The translations under genes were made by a program, and so were the position numbers. The notes below the pieces were generated by a model. It ran no database searches. It saw only the letters and a list, made by a program, of their open reading frames with translations, and was not told the origin of the DNA. Positions 56,798-64,000 of a DNA stretch of 64,000 nucleotides are shown here, in pieces. Origin of the DNA: an uncultured cyanobacterium (GTDB lineage Bacteria > Cyanobacteriota > Cyanobacteriia > Cyanobacteriales > Nostocaceae); the NCBI GenBank assembly GCA_963740315.1, contig CAVUDP010000002.1, positions 3,712,001 through 3,776,000 of the forward strand, read 5' to 3'. Each line of letters opens with the position of its first letter. Within the stretch, counting starts at the first letter, position 1.

Positions 56798-59700
56798 ATG
56801 GTCGTCGCATTAGAAGTACAACAGTCAATCCAATCTTCACTCAAAAATTTAAACAATCTCGAATCACTAAAAAAACTATTTTGGAGTCAATTAAATTACG
56901 AACGAGAAAATAAAAAACTTTCGCGGCGAAAATTAACTGATGCGGTTACTAATGTAGTTGAAGACGAACCTTTATTATTAGCTTCTGGAGCTAGTAAAGA
57001 TTTTCATGTAATTTATACTCGTTTAAAATCACAAGATTTATCCAGACAAGATCAAAGAGTAGTTGTCAATCATCTGCTTAAAGAGCATCCCTACGCTTTA
57101 TTTATCTTTTCTAATCGAGCGCGATCGCGTTGGCATTTTCTCAATGTCAAGTATGATGATTCACCGCAAAAACGTAGATTATTCCGTCGTATCACCGTTG
57201 GGGAAGGAGAACAATTACGCACTGCAACAGAAAGAATTGCTTTATTAGATTTAGAAACTATCAAAGCAGATGCAGCACCCTTGGATATTCAGACGCTCCA
57301 CGACGAAGCATTTGATGTAGAGGCTGTTACAGAAGAATTTTTCCAAGAGTACCGCAAGACTTTTGAGAAGGTAGAAGGATTAATAAAATGGTCGGTTGAT
57401 TCGGAAAACAAGCGGTTATTTACGCAAAAGCTGTTTAACCGTTTGATGTTTGTTAGGTTTATTGAAAAGAAAGGTTGGTTGAAGTTACAGAAGAGAACTG
57501 ATTATTTATCAGCCTTGTGGGAATCATACCAAGAACAATGTAGAGACGTTACATGTAACGTCTCCACAACCCCGAACTTTTATAGAGACAGACTACAACA
57601 CCTTTTCTTCTCTGGACTAAATAACCCTCAAGAACACGACATCACCGGAATTAATAATGGTGGTTTTCTCAAAGATTTAATTGGTAGCGTACCTTACCTG
57701 AATGGTGGTTTATTTGAACGTGGTGAAGATGATGAAAATCCCCAAATCATCATTCCAGATGACTGCATAGATAGTATTTTACACGACTTATTTCAACGTT
57801 TTGCATTCACCGTTACCGAGAGTACACCGCTTGATGTGGAGGTAGCCGTAGACCCGGAAATGTTGGGGAAAGTGTTCGAGGAACTTGTGACTGGCAGACA
57901 TGAATCAGGGAGCTATTATACCCCTAAACCGATTGTATCTTTCATGTGTCGTGAGGCTTTAAAAGGCTATTTAAAAACAGAGATTTCAGCAGAATCTAAA
58001 GATGCAGTAGCAGAATTTGTTGACGAACATAACCCCGATAATCTAGTTAATCCAGAATCCGTATTAGAAGCATTACGTAAAGTTAGATGCTGCGATTTAG
58101 CTGCTGGAAGTGGGGCTTACTTATTAGGAATGCTTCACGAATTATTAGATTTACGTCAATGCTTATTTGCAACTAAGGGGCTAGATTCTAATACTGTTTA
58201 TCAACGCAAGCTAGATATAATTGAAAACAATCTTTATGGTGTAGATAAAGATGTATTTGCGGTTAATATTGCGCGATTGAGGTTATGGTTATCGTTAGCT
58301 GTTGAGTATCAAGGTGAAAAGCCGAAACCATTACCAAATTTAAAATATAAAATCGAGATTGGAGATAGTTTAATTGCACCTAGCCCTGCAACTACAGGAA
58401 TGATTAGGACTGAGATTGTCAAAAATTACCACCAAAAGAAAGCCGAATATATGCGGACTCATGAAGGTGGAAAGAAAAAGAAATTAGAAGGGGAAATTAA
58501 TGAGTTAAAAGTTCAAATTGCTTTGGTAACTCATGGAAGTACAAAAGTAGACGGGTTTGATTGGGCTGTTGAGTTTGCAGAAGTTTTTGCTGATGGGGGT
58601 TTTGAAATTGTCTTAGCAAATCCGCCCTATGTACGGATGGAATTATTTAAAGAAATCAAGCCTACTTTGAAAAAGAATTTCCCAGAAGTTCATGGCGATC
58701 GCGCTGATTTATGCTGTTATTTCTATGGACGTGCTTTACAACTTTTATGTGATGGTGGAATGTTAGCATTCATATCTTCTAATAAATGGCTTCGCGCAAA
58801 ATATGGAGAAAAGTTACGAAAGTACATTGCTAACAGTTGTCAAGTTTATAGTATTACAGATTTTGGTGACTTACCTGTTTTTAAAAGTGCAACTGCATAT
58901 CCAATGATTTTCCTTGCTAAAAATGAATATATAGCAGCGGAGTCAATTAAATTTACTCAGGTTCAATCCTTAAAATCTCCTTATCCTGATTTATTAACTT
59001 TAATTCAGGAAAAAGGACAATCTTTACCATTTACAGCTATAAAAGGCTCAAACTGGATGCTAACTAATGCTTCTTCGGCTAATCGACTTAAAAAGATGGA
59101 AGAAGTCGGTATACCATTAAGTGAGTATGTTAAAGGTCAAATATATTATGGTATAAAAACTGGTTTTAACGAAGCATTTATTATTGATGGTTTAAAAAAG
59201 ACTGAATTGATTGTTAAAAAACCTGAAAGTAGAGAATTTATCAAGCAGTTAATAGTAGGTAGAAATATTCGTAAGTGGTGTATTGATTATCAAGACAAGT
59301 ACTTACTCTATACATATCATGGTATAAACACAAAAGATATAACATCTATTATTGAACATTTACAAGTATATAGAGAAAAGCTTGAGGGAAGGGCAACAAA
59401 GCAGCAATGGTATGAGTTACAGCAACCCCAGTTACGTTATGCTTCTAGCTTTATTAAACCAAAAATAGTATTTCCTGATATTGCAAAAGAACCACGTTTT
59501 GGACTTGATGCAACTGGTGCATATACTAACGACACAACGTTTACAATTCCAAGAAATGATCTATATTTGCTTGGAGTATTAAATTCTTTATCCGTAAAAC
59601 AATTTTTTATTGAAATTGGCGCACAAGTGCGAGGAGGATATTTACGTTTCAAGCGACAATATGTTGAAAAAATCCCCATCCCAAACGCCTCAACAACCGA

Positions 59701-59812
59701 ACGCGAAGCAATATCCAAACTTGTCCAAAAATGCCTAGATGCAAAAGGGGTTAACTGCGAAGCATGGGAAAAAGAAATAGATAATCGCGTCGCTGCTCTT
59801 TACGGACTGTAG
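56798..59812 (+). CDS. Eco57I/TaqI-like N6-adenine methyltransferase with C-terminal TRD
   Basis: YLNGGLF, LGKVFE, GSYYTP, DLAAGSGAYL (motif I), ANPPY (motif IV) and YLLGVLNS. Confidence 0.9.
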   Translation: MVVALEVQQSIQSSLKNLNNLESLKKLFWSQLNYERENKKLSRRKLTDAVTNVVEDEPLLLASGASKDFHVIYTRLKSQDLSRQDQRVVVNHLLKEHPYALFIFSNRARSRWHFLNVKYDDSPQKRRLFRRITVGEGEQLRTATERIALLDLETIKADAAPLDIQTLHDEAFDVEAVTEEFFQEYRKTFEKVEGLIKWSVDSENKRLFTQKLFNRLMFVRFIEKKGWLKLQKRTDYLSALWESYQEQCRDVTCNVSTTPNFYRDRLQHLFFSGLNNPQEHDITGINNGGFLKDLIGSVPYLNGGLFERGEDDENPQIIIPDDCIDSILHDLFQRFAFTVTESTPLDVEVAVDPEMLGKVFEELVTGRHESGSYYTPKPIVSFMCREALKGYLKTEISAESKDAVAEFVDEHNPDNLVNPESVLEALRKVRCCDLAAGSGAYLLGMLHELLDLRQCLFATKGLDSNTVYQRKLDIIENNLYGVDKDVFAVNIARLRLWLSLAVEYQGEKPKPLPNLKYKIEIGDSLIAPSPATTGMIRTEIVKNYHQKKAEYMRTHEGGKKKKLEGEINELKVQIALVTHGSTKVDGFDWAVEFAEVFADGGFEIVLANPPYVRMELFKEIKPTLKKNFPEVHGDRADLCCYFYGRALQLLCDGGMLAFISSNKWLRAKYGEKLRKYIANSCQVYSITDFGDLPVFKSATAYPMIFLAKNEYIAAESIKFTQVQSLKSPYPDLLTLIQEKGQSLPFTAIKGSNWMLTNASSANRLKKMEEVGIPLSEYVKGQIYYGIKTGFNEAFIIDGLKKTELIVKKPESREFIKQLIVGRNIRKWCIDYQDKYLLYTYHGINTKDITSIIEHLQVYREKLEGRATKQQWYELQQPQLRYASSFIKPKIVFPDIAKEPRFGLDATGAYTNDTTFTIPRNDLYLLGVLNSLSVKQFFIEIGAQVRGGYLRFKRQYVEKIPIPNASTTEREAISKLVQKCLDAKGVNCEAWEKEIDNRVAALYGL
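57539..57568. repeat. 30-bp GTAG-type palindrome inserted in frame in the MTase
   Basis: TGTAGAGACGTTACATGTAACGTCTCCACA encodes CRDVTCNVST. Confidence 0.85.
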
Positions 59813-59870
59813 CACAATAGAGAGGAGAACAATCTCACTCCGCAGTATTATATTTCTTGAGGCAAAAACT

Positions 59871-60110
59871 ATGCAATCGGCTGTACGTATCACAACCAAA
59901 GTTTTACCAGGAAACAAAATAGAAATTCAAGTTCCAGAAGCTCAAGAAGGCGATAGTGTTGATGTATTTGTAGTCTTGCCAGAAAAAGTAGAAACTAAAA
60001 AGCGTTCGGCAGTAGATATTCTTAATGAGTTACCAGGGAAACAGCTTTTTAAAACTGCTGAAGAAGCGGACAAGTATCTCCAAGAGGAGCGGGAATCATG
60101 GGAACGCTAA
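59871..60110 (+). CDS. Putative antitoxin
   Basis: 79 aa ending EERESWER; overlaps the PIN gene start. Confidence 0.75.
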   Translation: MQSAVRITTKVLPGNKIEIQVPEAQEGDSVDVFVVLPEKVETKKRSAVDILNELPGKQLFKTAEEADKYLQEERESWER

Positions 60111-60541
60111 ATATTCTAACTTCTAGCTTAGTATATCTAGATACCTCACCTGTTATTTATAGCGTTGAGAAGTTTCCTGAATATCTTCCACTACTGGCAC
60201 CTCTATGGTTAAAACTACAAACGGGAGAAATTGAAATTGTTAGCAGTGAATTAATTTTGATGGAAACTTTAGTTCTACCTCTGCGAAATTCTAACTCAAT
60301 TTTAATTAACGCTTATGAGCAGCTTTTAATTTCATCTGAAATGCGACTTATTCCTATTAGTCAATCAATACTGCGACAAGCTGCAAATCTTCGAGCAACA
60401 ACCAGCTTAAAAACACCAGATGCTATTCATGCTGCAACAGCTTTATCTATTAATTGTAATCAATTTATTACAAACGATAAAGGCTTTCGTAATATTCCCG
60501 GTTTACCTGTGGTTATCCTCAGTGAAGTTTTAGCATCTTGA
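60098..60541 (+). CDS. PIN-domain (VapC-like) toxin
   Basis: YLDTS, E in LMET, PDAIHAATA and TND. Confidence 0.9.
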   Translation: MGTLNILTSSLVYLDTSPVIYSVEKFPEYLPLLAPLWLKLQTGEIEIVSSELILMETLVLPLRNSNSILINAYEQLLISSEMRLIPISQSILRQAANLRATTSLKTPDAIHAATALSINCNQFITNDKGFRNIPGLPVVILSEVLAS

Positions 60542-60621
60542 AACTAGAAATGGTGCGTTATGCTTCGTTAACGCACCTTGTAAGTAGGATTACAATATCA
60601 ATAAAAGTTGAACAAAAAACC

Positions 60622-61203
60622 ATGCAGTCTCCCATACACATCTTCACCGTTGAAGAATACCTCGAACAAGAACAAACCAGCGAAATCCGTCACGAATACA
60701 TTTGCGGACAAGTATTCGCAATGTCTGGAGGTAGCAAGGAACATAATCTTATAGCTGGAAATATTTACTCACGCTTACGTTCTAATTTACGAGGTGGTTC
60801 CTGTAGCGTCTTCATGGCTGACATGAAAGTAAATATACAACTAGTCAGCCAAAATATTCAAAATACTAAAAATATATATTATTATCCCGATGTCGTTGTT
60901 ACCTGCGACTCAGACGACAACGACCGTTTTTCTTTAGATTATCCTTGCTTAATTATAGAAGTACTTTCACCTAGTACGGAAATAACAGATAGACGAGAAA
61001 AACTTGCTCACTACAGAAGTTTGTCAAGTTTACAAGAATATGTATTAGTTTCCCAAGACGAAATTAAAGTAGAAGTTTATAGTAAAGATTCTCAAGGAAA
61101 TTGGTCGCTAACAATCTTAGGTAAAGATAATGAATTGCATTTGGATTCTATTCGTTTAACCTTAACAATGGCAGAAGTTTACGAAGATGTAATATCAATA
61201 TAA
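60622..61203 (+). CDS. Uma2-family endonuclease
   Basis: RHEY..G...AM.G, YPDVVVTC, IIEVLSPST and EYVLVSQD. Confidence 0.92.
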   Translation: MQSPIHIFTVEEYLEQEQTSEIRHEYICGQVFAMSGGSKEHNLIAGNIYSRLRSNLRGGSCSVFMADMKVNIQLVSQNIQNTKNIYYYPDVVVTCDSDDNDRFSLDYPCLIIEVLSPSTEITDRREKLAHYRSLSSLQEYVLVSQDEIKVEVYSKDSQGNWSLTILGKDNELHLDSIRLTLTMAEVYEDVISI

Positions 61204-61216
61204 TATCATAATTATT

Positions 61217-64000
61217 ATGCCCAATCACGACATAATTGACAATCGCAATCAAAAACTAGTAGATAAAATAAACTGTATTCTTGACTCAACAGAAGCGGCT
61301 CATTTTGCGGTAGGTTATTTCTTTCTTTCTGGTTTCACTGCTATTGCAGAACGTCTCAAAAATATCAAAGAATTACGCTTATTAATTGGTAATACCAGCA
61401 ATCGCGAAACCATCGAACAAATCGCTCAAGGATACCGAAGATTAGAGTTAATTGAAGATAAAATTGAAGCTCAAATGTATCCTAAGCGTGTTGATGAAAA
61501 ACGGATGGCTAATGAAACAGCAGCCAATATCCGCTCTAGTATTGAATTAATGGATCAAACCGATGAAGCGGAGACTTTGGTTCAAAATCTTGTAGAGATG
61601 ATTGAAGAAAAACGGCTACAGGTTCGGGTTTACACTAAAGGAACTTTACACGCTAAAGCTTATATTTTTGATTACGGTAAAATTTACGATGATAAAGGTA
61701 GAGTTTTAGAGCGTTCAGAAAATGGTATTGCAGTTGTTGGTTCATCTAATCTTTCTCTTTCCGGTATTACACACAATACCGAACTTAATGTAGTAATTCA
61801 CGGAAACGATAACCATACAGAATTAACTCATTGGTTTGATGAACTATGGGATGAAGCGCAAGATTTTAATCAAGCTTTGATGCAAGAAATGAAAACATCT
61901 TGGGCTGGTTTACCAGTTCGTCCCTATGATGTTTATATGAAAACTCTTTATACTTTAGTCAAAGATAGATTAGAAAATACAGCAGAGTCAAAGAAATTAA
62001 TTATAGATGATGAAATCAGCAAACAATTAGCAGATTTTCAAAAAGTCGCTGTTAATAATGCCGTACAAAATATTCGAGACTATGATGGCGCTTTCGTCTC
62101 AGATGTAGTTGGACTTGGTAAGAGTTTTATCGGTGCTGCAATTGTTAAAAGATTTGAACAAACCGAAGGCGCACGTCCTTTAATTATTTGTCCCGCACCG
62201 CTACAAGAAATGTGGGAAAAATATAATGAAATTTATCATCTAAATGCTCGCGTTCTTTCAATGGGAATGTTGAAAGAAGATGAAGACGGAGATGTAAAAA
62301 CGTTATTGAACGATTATAAATATGAGGATAGAGACTTTGTATTAATTGATGAAAGTCATAATTTAAGAAATCAAAACACTCAAAGATATAAAGTAGTAGA
62401 AGCATTTTTAGGTGCTGGTAAACGCTGCTGCTTTTTAACAGCTACTCCTCGAAATAAAAGCGCTTGGGATATTTATCATCAACTCAAACTATTCCATCAA
62501 GATGATAAAACAAATTTACCTATAGATCCACCTGATTTAAAAGAATTTTTTCAACTAGTAGAAAGAGGTGAAAAGAAACTACCGGAATTACTATCTCATA
62601 TTCTTATCCGACGTACTCGAAACCATATCCTACGCTTCTACGGAATTGATTCACAAACCCATAAACAAGTAGATCCAACAAACTTCCATGAATACCTAAA
62701 TGGAAGCAAACGTGCTTATGTTATTGTCGGTGGGAAGCATCGCTTTTTCCCAAAAAGAGAATTAGAAACTATCGAGTATAGCATTGAAGATACCTATCAA
62801 GGACTTTACAAGGAATTACGTCAGCACTTAGGTAAACCCCGCAAGCGTAAATTAGTTAATGCTCCCACGAATGAACTCAGCTATGCTCGTTATGGCTTAT
62901 GGAACTTTGTTTCAAAAGATAAACGAAAACAAGAGCCATATAACACTTTACAGCGTGCGGGTTCTAATTTACGGGGACTGATGAGAGTGCTACTATTTAA
63001 ACGCTTTGAGTCGAGCGTTTATGCTTTTCAAGTAACTATCGAAAAATTATTATTAGTTCATCAAAGATTCCTAGAAGCTCTTTCCCAAGGTTTTATTCCT
63101 GCTGGAGAAGAAGCACAAAGTTTACTTTCAGAAAATCACAGTCAATTAGAAGAAGATTTTATCGAACAAGACTTAATGGATGAATTACGTCGAGTTTCGG
63201 GAAAATATGACTTAGCAGATTTCGACGCTGAAAGACTACAGCAACATATAGAACACGATATTAATTTATTACAAAAAATTCAACAATTAGTAGAACCAAT
63301 TACCCCCGATCAAGATACTAAATTACAAACGCTAAAAAAATGGTTATCTAAACCAGCTTTAAAAGATAAAAAAGTCATAATTTTTACTCAATTTGCAGAT
63401 ACAGCCAAATATTTATATGAAAATTTAAACCCAGGTGACAAGCATGATGATATTGATGTAATTTATAGCGGATTGAATAAAAATAAAGCTCGTTTAGTAG
63501 GAAGATTCGCACCGAAAGCTAACCCAGAGTATAAGTTGAAAGCTAATGAATCCGAAATTAACACTTTAATTACAACCGATATATTAGCAGAAGGTTTAAA
63601 TCTACAAGATGGGGATTTAATTATTAATTATGATTTACATTGGAATCCGGTAAAGCTGATTCAGCGTTTTGGTAGAATTGACAGAATCGGTAGCGATAAA
63701 GATGTAATTTATGGATATAACTTTTTACCAGAATTAGGAATTGAGCGTAATTTAGGGTTAACGCAGAAACTCAAAAATCGCATCCAGGAAATTCATGATA
63801 CAATCGGTGAAGATGCAGCGATTTTAGATAAAACAGAACGATTAAATGAAGAAGCAATGTATGCTATCTACGAGAATAAAGATAAGCAATTAAGTCTTTT
63901 TGATATTGATGACGAAGAAGAATTTTTGGACTTAAACGAAGCAGAAGAAATCTTAAGAAAATTACAGAAAGATGACTCAAGTGAATTTGAACGCATCGCT
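61217..64000 (+). CDS. PLD-nuclease / SNF2-like helicase fusion (partial; runs off the window and is missing from the ORF track)
   Basis: Read manually from ATG 61217: HAKAYIFD (HKD), GSSNL, DVVGLGKS, IDESHN, LTATP, EGLNLQ and QRFGRIDRIG. Confidence 0.9.
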   Translation, partial: MPNHDIIDNRNQKLVDKINCILDSTEAAHFAVGYFFLSGFTAIAERLKNIKELRLLIGNTSNRETIEQIAQGYRRLELIEDKIEAQMYPKRVDEKRMANETAANIRSSIELMDQTDEAETLVQNLVEMIEEKRLQVRVYTKGTLHAKAYIFDYGKIYDDKGRVLERSENGIAVVGSSNLSLSGITHNTELNVVIHGNDNHTELTHWFDELWDEAQDFNQALMQEMKTSWAGLPVRPYDVYMKTLYTLVKDRLENTAESKKLIIDDEISKQLADFQKVAVNNAVQNIRDYDGAFVSDVVGLGKSFIGAAIVKRFEQTEGARPLIICPAPLQEMWEKYNEIYHLNARVLSMGMLKEDEDGDVKTLLNDYKYEDRDFVLIDESHNLRNQNTQRYKVVEAFLGAGKRCCFLTATPRNKSAWDIYHQLKLFHQDDKTNLPIDPPDLKEFFQLVERGEKKLPELLSHILIRRTRNHILRFYGIDSQTHKQVDPTNFHEYLNGSKRAYVIVGGKHRFFPKRELETIEYSIEDTYQGLYKELRQHLGKPRKRKLVNAPTNELSYARYGLWNFVSKDKRKQEPYNTLQRAGSNLRGLMRVLLFKRFESSVYAFQVTIEKLLLVHQRFLEALSQGFIPAGEEAQSLLSENHSQLEEDFIEQDLMDELRRVSGKYDLADFDAERLQQHIEHDINLLQKIQQLVEPITPDQDTKLQTLKKWLSKPALKDKKVIIFTQFADTAKYLYENLNPGDKHDDIDVIYSGLNKNKARLVGRFAPKANPEYKLKANESEINTLITTDILAEGLNLQDGDLIINYDLHWNPVKLIQRFGRIDRIGSDKDVIYGYNFLPELGIERNLGLTQKLKNRIQEIHDTIGEDAAILDKTERLNEEAMYAIYENKDKQLSLFDIDDEEEFLDLNEAEEILRKLQKDDSSEFERIA

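Noticed and set aside
7373..64000. attR duplicate of the tRNA-Phe 3' end
   Set aside because: Not found by eye. It may be deleted or lie beyond the window, so the outer boundary of the island is not called

Overview
AT-rich cyanobacterial DNA, probably a filamentous Nostocales: HIP1 GCGATCGC octamers are frequent, heptamer STRR tracts occur, and there is a PEP-CTERM protein. 1-7.3 kb is housekeeping sequence (GT4 glycosyltransferase, PEP-CTERM protein, RqcH/NFACT, candidate sRNA, SLH porin, tRNA-Phe). From tRNA-Phe onward the window is a mosaic island with four parts. (i) A tRNA-integrated element (7.4-23.0 kb) carries a tyrosine integrase, an FtsK/SpoIIIE ATPase, two putative wall hydrolases, small membrane proteins and a divergent regulator pair. 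No phage structural, relaxase or VirB4 gene is recognisable, and the element breaks off inside a dual-frame C5 methyltransferase. (ii) A stress or low-oxygen module (23-36 kb) encodes an Rv2004c-like kinase, Hsp20, two USPs, PpsA and an RcaC-like regulator fused to a kinase. An 18-bp direct-repeat box occurs six times between 26.5 and 48.9 kb; five copies lie exactly 10 nt before a -10 hexamer. (iii) A sulfide/sulfane-sulfur cluster (37.6-56.2 kb) encodes CysK, SQR, a Tll0287-like heme protein, a Rieske paralog, rhodaneses, DsrE, TauE, persulfide dioxygenase and an ArsR with four palindromic operators. It is interrupted by an IscB element and a TnpB element. (iv) A defence locus pairs an N6-MTase with a PLD-SNF2 helicase that runs off the window end, with a PIN toxin-antitoxin pair and Uma2 between them. 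All assignments come from reading motifs by eye; no database searches were run.
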